DNA of 64,000 nucleotides. Source: a virus. Numbering within the stretch: the first letter of the stretch is position 1; every line of letters begins with the position of its first letter. The notes beneath the pieces are model-generated. The model saw only the letters and a program-made list of their open reading frames with translations, was not told where the DNA came from and did not search any database. This document shows, piece after piece, positions 39,119 through 47,564 of this stretch. Both the position numbers and the translations under genes were made by a program. The stretch lies in the IMG/VR virus record IMGVR_UViG_3300006139_000001, one strand, 5' to 3'.

Positions 39119-40171
39119 TTAACCTAAACAAACCTTTTCATTCACACTTGCAACAAAGTCGTTCACCTTATTCATATCAACTCGCTCCGGCAGAATTGTG
39201 TTCTCTTTGTCGTAGTCAAGGCGTTTCTCTAAACCATCAACCATTTCATAGAACTCTGCTGTTGGCTGTCTATTTTCATCAAGATACTCACCATTGCGAA
39301 TTGCCATTAGTAAATCATGTTCTGTCTCTCGATAAGTATTGATTTCGCCTTTTTCAAGAATGTCAAAACACATAAAGTACAATCTTACTAGGTGCATCAT
39401 GTGTTTGCCTAGCTTATCATGCGCAATAGCTTTTTCATTTCTCTTGCCGATTTTACCATAAGCCTTGACAATGGCGTGCATCTCAGACCACATATCCTTA
39501 AAGTCACGCAATGGATAATGTGTAAGGTTTACATCCATAAAGATTTCAGAATCGTAATCCTCTCTGAAGGACTTATCAATAAACAACTTGATTGCATCTT
39601 CTGGATGTTCAAAATACTTCGCCTTATAATCAACGGATGCGTGTTCAATACTTTTTAAGATATTTGCTTCTTGCTGGCTTTGTGAAACGAGACGAGCTGC
39701 TTTATTTTCTAAACGACGCAACTGTGCATTAGCATATCCACCGAATGAATGTACAGCAGCCTGAGACAAAAATAGGCTCTTATTTGCCAATAACTGCTCC
39801 CCCGCATACGAAAGATACAAATAGTGTTCCGACTTTAACCCAAGAATCTCGATTGTGTTTGGATTACATGAGCATAGCAACTTTATAATCTTATCAAACG
39901 AATATACGGTTGTATCTGTTTCCACTTCAACAACCTGCTCAAAATCTTTCCCAATAAAAATGTTACGGCGTGAATTTGTTGCTACACCACGAACATCAAG
40001 GTCAGAATTTTCATTACTTGTACCATAGGCATGACTACCACCAAGACCAAGCAAAATGATATTGCCACCAAGATTTTCGTTATATCTCAAAAAATCGTAC
40101 TCTGTAGATTGTAGCTTTCTCTTTATTTCAGTTAGATTCATTTTCATCCTCCTCGATTGTATACTTGACAT
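39119..40171 (-). CDS. Pol-beta-superfamily nucleotidyltransferase (GS...DxD), first gene of the RNA-repair operon
   Basis: LLGLGGSHAYGTSNENSDLDVRGV nucleotidyltransferase core followed by a ~230-aa helical region. 350 aa. Specific family (CD-NTase, ANT, tRNA-end NTase) not resolvable by eye. Confidence 0.55.
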   Translation of the reverse strand: MSSIQSRRMKMNLTEIKRKLQSTEYDFLRYNENLGGNIILLGLGGSHAYGTSNENSDLDVRGVATNSRRNIFIGKDFEQVVEVETDTTVYSFDKIIKLLCSCNPNTIEILGLKSEHYLYLSYAGEQLLANKSLFLSQAAVHSFGGYANAQLRRLENKAARLVSQSQQEANILKSIEHASVDYKAKYFEHPEDAIKLFIDKSFREDYDSEIFMDVNLTHYPLRDFKDMWSEMHAIVKAYGKIGKRNEKAIAHDKLGKHMMHLVRLYFMCFDILEKGEINTYRETEHDLLMAIRNGEYLDENRQPTAEFYEMVDGLEKRLDYDKENTILPERVDMNKVNDFVASVNEKVCLG

Positions 40172-40260
40172 TTTAGAAAATCCGATGTATAATATGCGTA
40201 TATCGGGTCACATTTTCTAAACCGTACTCTAAGTATAGCAGATAATTTTCTAATTGTCAA
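40165..40260. promoter_or_regulatory. Divergent promoter/operator switch region: plus-strand TTGACA(40165-40170)-17-TATAAT(40188-40193); minus-strand TTGACA(rc 40255-40260)-17-TATACT; three copies of the 9-bp operator-like word TTAGAAAAT
   Basis: Word at 40173-40181 (plus orientation), 40212-40220 and 40245-40253 (reverse orientation). They flank or overlap the -10/-35 boxes between the Xre repressor gene and the minus-strand operon. GGAGG RBS before ATG 40171. Confidence 0.6.
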
Positions 40261-40303
40261 GAGGAAATTTAGAATATTTGACCGCACTTTAGGAGGAAAC
40301 ATT

Positions 40304-40663
40304 ATGGAATCCATTTTATATCAGAGAATAAAAGCATTATGTGAAAGAAAAGGAATAAGCATTGCAAAATTAGAATCAGAATTAGGATTTGGTAACGCTT
40401 CTATCAAAAAATGGGGTCGTGTCAGCTCTCCATCTGTAGATAAGATAATAAAAGTCGCTGGTTATTTTGACGTTTCGGTAGATTACTTACTTGGTAGGAC
40501 AGATATAGAGGGTTCTATATCTGAGGTAATTGGCGACGAAGATATTATTTCATTCCAAAGAGCAAGACAGAAAATGACTCAAAAGGATAAAGAGCGTATG
40601 ATGCAAATGCTTAAACTTGGCTTTGAGTATGCTTTCTCTGACCAGGAGGGCGATGGTAAATAA
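40304..40663 (+). CDS. XRE-family helix-turn-helix transcriptional regulator (phage repressor-like)
   Basis: HTH LCERKGISIAKLESELGFGNASIKKWG. 119 aa. Confidence 0.75.
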   Translation: MESILYQRIKALCERKGISIAKLESELGFGNASIKKWGRVSSPSVDKIIKVAGYFDVSVDYLLGRTDIEGSISEVIGDEDIISFQRARQKMTQKDKERMMQMLKLGFEYAFSDQEGDGK

Positions 40664-41272
40664 ATGGTGCGATATGTCTATATAAATAATTTGGTGCTTG
40701 ACATTTATGAAATGCTACCAAAGATTCAGTTTCCTCTCGATATTAAAAGTGTTATCAATTATTTCCCTAACTGTAGATATATGTCTTATCAAGATTTTGC
40801 AAAGATTAATAGATGCTCAATCGAAGATGTTATTCAAATTTGCGAAAGCAAATCTGGTTGCACACATTACGACATAATGCAAAATAGATACTTAATTCTT
40901 TGCAATCAGTCAACACAGGACAACAATAACATTGGTAGGCAACGTTGGACTTGTGGGCATGAAATTGGTCATGTGGCTTGTAATCATCATGCTATATCTG
41001 CTTATGAGAAACTTTCAGAAAACAGCCTATTGCAGATTGACAATGCCGAATATGAAATGGAAGCCGATTATTTTGCTGCCACCATATTAGCACCATTTCC
41101 ATTATTTAAGTTGTTTGATGTTAAGTCTGCTATTGACATTCAAAACATATTTGGTCTTTCTACGGAAGCATCTTTGTATAGGTATAAACAATATTTAAAA
41201 TGGCTCAAAACAAGAGTTAAAACTTCCTGGGAAAATGATATGATAAGACTTTATAAGCAGAAGAATATTTAA
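40664..41272 (+). CDS. ImmA/IrrE-family metallopeptidase (anti-repressor protease)
   Basis: HEXXH zinc motif CGHEIGHVACNHH. Immediately downstream of the Xre gene. Confidence 0.7.
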   Translation: MVRYVYINNLVLDIYEMLPKIQFPLDIKSVINYFPNCRYMSYQDFAKINRCSIEDVIQICESKSGCTHYDIMQNRYLILCNQSTQDNNNIGRQRWTCGHEIGHVACNHHAISAYEKLSENSLLQIDNAEYEMEADYFAATILAPFPLFKLFDVKSAIDIQNIFGLSTEASLYRYKQYLKWLKTRVKTSWENDMIRLYKQKNI

Positions 41273-41323
41273 CCATTCATTTTTAATCATCTCACGGAGA
41301 AACTAACCGTGGGGTGATTTTTT

Positions 41324-41755
41324 ATGAATGAACAAGAATACAAGCATATTCGCAATTTAGCGTGGGATTTACTGATTGATGCAAACATCTCACAGTTGCC
41401 GGTTGATATAAATGCTATTGCGGCTTTATATGATTTGCAGCATTTAGTTGATAATCGTAAGTCCCTATATGACAATACTCTTTTTGTTGCCGAAGGTATC
41501 TTGAAAATTTTTGGATTGACAAACCATAAATTCACAAGATACCTCACAGTCAGAATTCTTGCTCCAATGATTGTTTTCAAAGAGTTAGGTGTCAATTCTG
41601 CGGAAGAAATGAGCAATCTTTCTGGACTTCCAATAGACTTGGCAAAGCAACGTTTTGAGCGCTTTGAAATGCTCTTAGTACGGAATGCTTTTGAAACCTC
41701 ACGCCTTGAAACCATTGTATTATCACAATTCCGTGAATGGTTGAATAATCGTTAA
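41324..41755 (+). CDS. Hypothetical protein
   Basis: 143-aa ORF with a strong RBS-like ggggtga upstream. Confidence 0.3.
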   Translation: MNEQEYKHIRNLAWDLLIDANISQLPVDINAIAALYDLQHLVDNRKSLYDNTLFVAEGILKIFGLTNHKFTRYLTVRILAPMIVFKELGVNSAEEMSNLSGLPIDLAKQRFERFEMLLVRNAFETSRLETIVLSQFREWLNNR

Positions 41756-42423
41756 TCTTTGTTTTCAAGAACAAAGATAGAAGAATCAAGAATCAAAAAC
41801 GGACGAACACCGCAGCAATAGCCACAAACGCCCCAATTCAGAAAGCCATCGGAGTAGACATAGCAAACGTCACGAGAATAATCATTGCTCGGAGTGGATG
41901 CAGGAGTGATAGTCCACCACCAGTCAGGATAGTTAGACTTCAAACCAAGGATTTTATGATATTTTGCGTACTCACTTGCAGATAAAAGAGTAATTTTATC
42001 AGTACAAGCACCATAGTCATCCAAACCATCAAGAGAGGTCAAATCTCGCTCCATAGGGATGATATTATTCGCTCCAACTAGCTTAGAAATTTTGTTGTAG
42101 TATTCGCCGTTTAGCAGAGTGCGGATAGGTGACTGTTTCCAATCAGCGCAATCTCCAAACTTCTTATCACTATATGCGAACTGCTTTGAAATGACTCTCG
42201 TACCAGACTCAGTTTGTTCTAAAACGATGAATTCCTCATCACCAATCTTAAAGACATCCTTCGGTTTCAGAGTGGAGAGCTGCACTTTCCCCATATTCAG
42301 AATGTCATTGATTTGTGCAGAATCAATGTCAATGATAACTTTACCATCTTCAATTGTGACATTTGCCTTATCAATCGTAATCTTCATTTTACCTTTCTCC
42401 TTTTTCTTGCGATTAAAGAACAT
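41752..42423 (-). CDS. Hypothetical protein
   Basis: 223-aa ORF. Confidence 0.3.
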   Translation of the reverse strand: MFFNRKKKEKGKMKITIDKANVTIEDGKVIIDIDSAQINDILNMGKVQLSTLKPKDVFKIGDEEFIVLEQTESGTRVISKQFAYSDKKFGDCADWKQSPIRTLLNGEYYNKISKLVGANNIIPMERDLTSLDGLDDYGACTDKITLLSASEYAKYHKILGLKSNYPDWWWTITPASTPSNDYSRDVCYVYSDGFLNWGVCGYCCGVRPFLILDSSIFVLENKD

Positions 42424-42485
42424 ATGCTAAACCTTCTCTTTTCAACGGTTTTGTATTGCGGATTTTGGTTTTGTAAAACAGTGTT

Positions 42486-43541
42486 TTACTCTCCATTATT
42501 ATTTGTATCAATACCAAACATTATAGAACTGCTATCACCAGACACATACTGCGGAAGCTGACCATTCCACTTTTTAATCCACATTTCCTGTAAAATCTGT
42601 TCAGTAATAGATTTTTCAAGTAGCTCATTAGCCTCTGCTTCTGCCTCTGCTGCAATGACCTTTGCTTCTGCTTCGGCTTCTGCATTGGTCTTTTTAACAG
42701 TAGCGTCTGCCTCTGCTTTTTCGATTGCTCTTTGGTTTTCAATAGCTTGCTGTTCGGCTTCAAGTTGTGCTTGCTGCTTTGCCGCAATAGCCTGGTTATA
42801 CGAATCTTCAAAATCGGCGTTGCTGATAATCACCTTGTTAATATATACAACATTCTCACCATACTTCTCATCGAGAGATTTTTGAAGATTCTCCATAGCA
42901 ATAGGTTCAATAATAGAACGGTTAGTTGCATCTGTATCAGATAGGCTCTTGCTACTTGCCTTTATAGCAGATGCTACAATGCTCTGATTAATAAGTGCAT
43001 CTTTATAATTAGCTACGTTTGCATAAATCCAAGCAGACTTCTCAGGATTAATTTGATATGTGATAATAACTCCATCATAGTAAATAGCGGTTCGCTTAGA
43101 AGTCTCAGACCAAATTTGCCCATCAAATGTAATATCCTGCTGTTTATTATTCACCTTTTCAATAGATTGTATATAAGGTAACTTCCAGTTGAAACCATTT
43201 TGAACAGTAACAGAATCAATCTGTCCAAATGTAGTGCGTACACCAGTGTAACCAGTTGGAATAATTACGATTGCGCAAGAGAATGTAAATAGTACGATAG
43301 CTACCAAAACGCCAACAATAGTGTACTTAGTTTTTACCTTGGTATATGTACCATCGCCATGATACGAATTTCTAACCTTTCTTGCTCGTGCAGAGTTAAT
43401 CATAACTGGAATTACAATAGCTACGACAAAAATTAAGATAGCCACAATTTTCAAAAATACTGTCATTTTTGTTTTAATCTCCTTATCTTGATGATTGAAT
43501 ATCATCTGAATATTTAGTTTTTGAAGTATATATATTATCAA
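42486..43541 (-). CDS. SPFH/band-7 (prohibitin/HflK-like) membrane protein
   Basis: N-terminal TM segments, SPFH core, and a long Ala/Glu/Gln-rich coiled coil (AKQQAQLEAEQQAIENQRAIEKAEADA...). Confidence 0.65.
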   Translation of the reverse strand: MIIYILQKLNIQMIFNHQDKEIKTKMTVFLKIVAILIFVVAIVIPVMINSARARKVRNSYHGDGTYTKVKTKYTIVGVLVAIVLFTFSCAIVIIPTGYTGVRTTFGQIDSVTVQNGFNWKLPYIQSIEKVNNKQQDITFDGQIWSETSKRTAIYYDGVIITYQINPEKSAWIYANVANYKDALINQSIVASAIKASSKSLSDTDATNRSIIEPIAMENLQKSLDEKYGENVVYINKVIISNADFEDSYNQAIAAKQQAQLEAEQQAIENQRAIEKAEADATVKKTNAEAEAEAKVIAAEAEAEANELLEKSITEQILQEMWIKKWNGQLPQYVSGDSSSIMFGIDTNNNGE

Positions 43542-44694
43542 AATACTGCCTTAAATCATTTATTGTACAATTACCAGCAATATCATTGGTATAATTGAGA
43601 TGAGAAACCAAAAGAGAAATTGTTGCATCTTGGATAACACTCTTTGATAAACCAATATCTTTTTGTACTCTGCCCAAGAATTCATCAAGGTCGAATTTTC
43701 CATATCTGATAGATTCTTGAAAATCGTTATGCACATTCGTTTTATCTTCAATGCAAGGATTTATTTCTTCTTTTTGGCACTCAGTAGGAAACGCACCCGC
43801 TCCATGTCTTGTAAAATAAGACCTCGTTATGTAACAGATTTCAACATCAAAACCATATGGCTTAATTCGATTTATGGGGATAAATGAAGTTGTTTTGCTT
43901 GCTGTAATATATGGAAGTGCTTTTTTGTTATCCTCGTCAAGTTCAAGTCCCTGCGCACCCTCAAAAACAATGATGTCATACATAGAGATAAGTTTATCAA
44001 ATGAAATCTGAATAACCTCTCTCTGCATTTGTCTAAGGTCTGACAAATAATGTTTAGCTAAACCATAAGAATTAATAAGTTTTTGATATTCTTCTGGTAT
44101 CTCTGTTATACCATAGCTGGCAAGTCGTTCTGGGAGATACTTATAAGCAATATCATGCAAATAACGAATGATTTCGTAATCTGTTTTGTGCTGTAATTCG
44201 CCGTATTTTAATGAATACCTTCCATCTTCGTATCGCTTTTGTGTTTCCCAAATACCATATCCACAAGAGCCATGCCTATTGTTTGCCCTTGATGTTTCAA
44301 CAATTTGGTTGATAAACATATCGTATGGTGTTGTTACTCTGCATTCCGGCGAAATATAACACTTTGGGAATTCATATCCAAATTCTTTCATTATGGTGCA
44401 GAGTGTTTCTTTTTCTTCAACAAACACCATAGGGTTCACCATAAAGTCTTGGTCAAAGTAAGTATGAGCATTATCAAATGAGCCAGAACCGAAGTGATGG
44501 AAAATGTGTCGAATGCCATTTTTCAATTCTACTGTATGACCTCTTTGACATCCACCATTAAAGAGAATATTTAAACAGAATTTGTTATCTTGATTTGCTT
44601 TTTGTGAAAAGTAGTGAGTTGCAAGACCTTTGCCTTCATCTCCATAATTGCTACCTACTACTACTTTGACCTCAACTTTACTCATATCTATCAC
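43483..44694 (-). CDS. Adenylosuccinate-synthetase-family protein (PurA homolog; candidate PurZ)
   Basis: N-terminal VVVGSNYGDEGKGLATHYF (GDEGKGK P-loop of PurA) and NGGCQRGHTV (PurA QGGHNAGHT region). 403 aa, shorter than bacterial PurA (~430). Confidence 0.7.
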   Translation of the reverse strand: MIDMSKVEVKVVVGSNYGDEGKGLATHYFSQKANQDNKFCLNILFNGGCQRGHTVELKNGIRHIFHHFGSGSFDNAHTYFDQDFMVNPMVFVEEKETLCTIMKEFGYEFPKCYISPECRVTTPYDMFINQIVETSRANNRHGSCGYGIWETQKRYEDGRYSLKYGELQHKTDYEIIRYLHDIAYKYLPERLASYGITEIPEEYQKLINSYGLAKHYLSDLRQMQREVIQISFDKLISMYDIIVFEGAQGLELDEDNKKALPYITASKTTSFIPINRIKPYGFDVEICYITRSYFTRHGAGAFPTECQKEEINPCIEDKTNVHNDFQESIRYGKFDLDEFLGRVQKDIGLSKSVIQDATISLLVSHLNYTNDIAGNCTINDLRQYFDNIYTSKTKYSDDIQSSR

Positions 44695-45548
44695 CAGGAA
44701 ATTTCAGTATTGGATTCAGCAACAACTTCATCCTTTGCGTCAGTAACAATGTTTACAATCGCATTGGAGATATTATTCAAATTAACAACACGAAAATGCC
44801 TTTCATCGAGATATTCACCAAACGATTTCTTAATATGTTCTTCGTGCCAATTATAGCTTGTTTCTCTGTCATCAACGGCAAGATGGTAAATATCAAACTT
44901 AGCACTTGCAGCTTCATACAAAGAATCAGTCTCAACATCACCCTGCAACTTATCACCGGTTACACGGCTTAAAGCACTATGTGGAAGATAGGGATTCAGA
45001 GGTTCATCGCCCATTGTAATGATAATGCCCTTCTTGCCACGTTTCCAGCAATCCAATTTTGTGTGCTTCAAGCCAAAATACCAAGCGCCAGTATAAGACT
45101 CATAGGCATTTCCGCCTCCGCCACCTTCAAAATAAATCTTGTCAAGTTGTTCTGCAATACGAACATCAGATTCAAACTGAGATGCCTGAATTGGTGCAGA
45201 GTCATACGCTAAGTCGCCAATCCCCATAACAAGAAACTCAACATCAGCAACTTTCTCATAGAGCTTGGTCATTACTTCATTCAGCTTTTTAGCAACCTCT
45301 GCCGCAGCGCTTCCCATACTTCCAGTAACATCAAGAGCAAGAATTACAGGAATTGTATTGGGATGCTCTGCGCTATCACAGCACTCACGCACAACATTAT
45401 AAGGGTCTAACTCAGGCTGAATTCTGTGTGATTTAAATAAATCCTGTGCCGAATAGCTAGAATGAAGTGTCCCATCATTAAGAACCGTTCTACCTACAGA
45501 TTTTGAGTAAGAAGAATATGCACTAGTAGTCCAAGAACCGCCACCCAT
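44691..45548 (-). CDS. von Willebrand factor A (vWA) domain protein
   Basis: MIDAS-like ILALDVTGSMGSAA. 285 aa. Confidence 0.5.
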   Translation of the reverse strand: MGGGSWTTSAYSSYSKSVGRTVLNDGTLHSSYSAQDLFKSHRIQPELDPYNVVRECCDSAEHPNTIPVILALDVTGSMGSAAAEVAKKLNEVMTKLYEKVADVEFLVMGIGDLAYDSAPIQASQFESDVRIAEQLDKIYFEGGGGGNAYESYTGAWYFGLKHTKLDCWKRGKKGIIITMGDEPLNPYLPHSALSRVTGDKLQGDVETDSLYEAASAKFDIYHLAVDDRETSYNWHEEHIKKSFGEYLDERHFRVVNLNNISNAIVNIVTDAKDEVVAESNTEISW

Positions 45549-46153
45549 TATTCATCCTCCGTTTCCTTATCACCATCGTCATCATCGGTGTCAAAATCGA
45601 ACATACCGTCAAACATATCGGCAAATCCGTTGCTACCCATCATCATAAAGGGAAGCATAGCACCCATTCCGCCAGATGTATTTCCAGAAGTCATACCGTT
45701 TCCGGTAGCACCCTTCATCATCTCTGACATGAGCATATAAGACATCATCTTATTCATGCCTTTCTTGCCCTTCATAATGTCAGAACCGAACATAGAAACA
45801 ATCTTGCCATAAAAATAGGTGTTACCCATAAACACATGACGCTCTGGCAAAATATTCTCAACCGTAGAATCCTCATAGTTGATAACCTTAATTGTGTCCT
45901 TATCATTAGAAACAACACACTTCGGCTTTCCAGAAACGATGATGATGTCACCAGGTTCAACCTTGTTGGTAGGAATAACAAAGAAGAATTCCTCTCCAAC
46001 GTTGAAAACAAAGTTATTGCAATTCGTCAGTCGGTTAGTTTTAAGATTATAAGTCTTATAACCACCATTGGTTTTAACTGCGATGCCCCCGTTCATGGAG
46101 AGTCTGCACATCCCATTGGCAACCTTGCCAAACATTCCATTAAACATATCCAT
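45548..46153 (-). CDS. Hypothetical protein with Gly/Met-rich region and acidic tail
   Basis: 201-aa ORF. C-terminus DTDDDDGDKETEDE. Confidence 0.3.
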   Translation of the reverse strand: MDMFNGMFGKVANGMCRLSMNGGIAVKTNGGYKTYNLKTNRLTNCNNFVFNVGEEFFFVIPTNKVEPGDIIIVSGKPKCVVSNDKDTIKVINYEDSTVENILPERHVFMGNTYFYGKIVSMFGSDIMKGKKGMNKMMSYMLMSEMMKGATGNGMTSGNTSGGMGAMLPFMMMGSNGFADMFDGMFDFDTDDDDGDKETEDE

Positions 46154-46185
46154 TTTTAGTTCCTCCGTTATATGTAATTTTTAAT

Positions 46186-46425
46186 TTAATGGCATAATAC
46201 ATACTTTGTGTATCGAGCTTCATTCCCATATCTATCGGTGCATACCATATCTTCACCATTGATATTGAACTGTTTGCGTAAATTGTAGATAATGGCACTC
46301 AGTCTTGTTGCGCCATATAAGTCAATCGCCTCCAGGCTTGTAATTGAACCGAACTTCTGCAAATGTTCTAACACTTTTTCTGTCTTATTCATTGACCTTG
46401 TGTTTCTCGTTCTTCGCTTCATCAT
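46186..46425 (-). CDS. Small basic protein (winged-helix DNA-binding?)
   Basis: 79 aa. RBS GGAGG 8 nt upstream. Conserved motif directly upstream. Confidence 0.35.
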   Translation of the reverse strand: MMKRRTRNTRSMNKTEKVLEHLQKFGSITSLEAIDLYGATRLSAIIYNLRKQFNINGEDMVCTDRYGNEARYTKYVLCH

Positions 46426-46490
46426 TACTAATCCTCCAATCGTTTTTCTGATTTAATTATTTGGATACTCGAATAAGGTGTTTGTTTGGT

Positions 46491-47165
46491 TCACCTTACA
46501 TTAGACATTATATCATACTTTTTTGGATTTGTCAATACTTTTTCGGATTTAATTCTAATTTCTTTTCGTTGCATTATCCACCAGTAATCAACTTGCTTGT
46601 AATCTCTACCAAAATAGTAGATATAGATATAATCATCTTTTTCAGAAACAAACAATCTACCATTGTAGCTGACCGGCGCTCTTTTGATTGACTTCATGAT
46701 TTTTCTGGCAATCTTGTCAACAGTACTTTGTGTCATACCCCAATTTCCATCGAAATATGGTTCAATCCAATTATTAAAATTGAGCCGATGTTCTTTATAT
46801 TCTTCTCGCTGCTTTAGTATACTCTTATAAGCCACCTCCAGTTCTTCAATAGTGTGCGGCTCTTTAGAATACCTAAAATCCTCTTTCTTTTCCTGGATTT
46901 CTTCTAAGTTCAAAATAGTATTGAAAAAAGATGTACCAAACGGCTCTATCTGTTTATGTATATAGAGATAATCCATATACATATTAAATTCTTCCTCATC
47001 GTAGTCTGGCTCTGAATCATAGAAATGCTCAGTAAATTCTCTTACAAAGTAATGCTGAAAAAGCCAATCAATGAACTTATTGCTTGGCTTCAATCGTCTA
47101 AATGTTAAATCCTCTGTCCTGTTAATATGTAGCGCCTTTTCAATCAAATCAGTACGTATATTCAT
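46491..47165 (-). CDS. Hypothetical protein
   Basis: 224-aa ORF. SD AAAGGAG and a consensus promoter upstream. Confidence 0.35.
   Translation of the reverse strand: MNIRTDLIEKALHINRTEDLTFRRLKPSNKFIDWLFQHYFVREFTEHFYDSEPDYDEEEFNMYMDYLYIHKQIEPFGTSFFNTILNLEEIQEKKEDFRYSKEPHTIEELEVAYKSILKQREEYKEHRLNFNNWIEPYFDGNWGMTQSTVDKIARKIMKSIKRAPVSYNGRLFVSEKDDYIYIYYFGRDYKQVDYWWIMQRKEIRIKSEKVLTNPKKYDIMSNVR
46507..46555 (-). promoter_or_regulatory. Consensus promoter TTGACA-17-TATAAT plus conserved upstream element (overlaps the 3' end of the upstream ORF)
   Basis: rc(46530-46535)=TTGACA, rc(46507-46512)=TATAAT. Motif variant tttttcGgatttaat at 46538-46552. Confidence 0.5.
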
Positions 47166-47188
47166 TGCTAATCTCCTTTGTTGTACTT

Positions 47189-47238
47189 ATTATATCACAC
47201 TTTATAGCGAATGTCAATACTTTTTCGGATTTAATTTG
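47189..47238 (-). promoter_or_regulatory. Consensus promoter TTGACA-17-TATAAT plus conserved upstream element
   Basis: rc(47212-47217)=TTGACA, rc(47189-47194)=TATAAT, then AAAGGAG and ATG 47165. Motif at 47220-47235. Confidence 0.55.
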
Positions 47239-47417
47239 TTGTCTTTTTTATAAACAAGATACAAGTAAGAATAACCACCTATATTTCCTACTGGTGCAGC
47301 ATTCAAACACATTGCAATCTCGTTAGAATCATATACTCTATTACCCTGTCTATACTGTTTACCAAAGTTTATATCACCGAATCCCCAGACCAGTTTGGGT
47401 TTGCTTTCATTACTCAT
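47214..47417 (-). pseudogene. Fragment resembling the C-terminal TRD/motif-IX region of a C5-cytosine methyltransferase
   Basis: QGNRVYDSNEIAMCLNAAPVGNIGGYSYLYLV closely parallels the M.HhaI region QGERIYSTRGIAITLSAYGGG...GGYLV. 67-aa ORF that stops before motif X. Confidence 0.4.
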
Positions 47418-47564
47418 TATACGCCTCTATCAGTTTATATGAATTTCTTAAAGCACAGCTACCCACCGTAGTAGTTATTGTACCTATCGTGTTTTGGTCA
47501 GCTCTTACATTACTATTATAATCATCGTAGATAATTATACTTTTATCTCCCCCCGCAAGATTGC

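Noticed and set aside
41757-41778. Hairpin tctttgtt-ttcaag-aacaaaga after the 41324-41755 gene as a bidirectional terminator
   Set aside because: Perfect 8-bp stem but no U-run on either side. Could be a weak terminator. Confidence too low to call.
42521-42885. Gln/Lys-rich and Ala/Ser-rich alternative-frame ORFs inside the SPFH gene
   Set aside because: Frame artefacts of the GCx/CAG-rich coiled-coil coding region of the SPFH protein.
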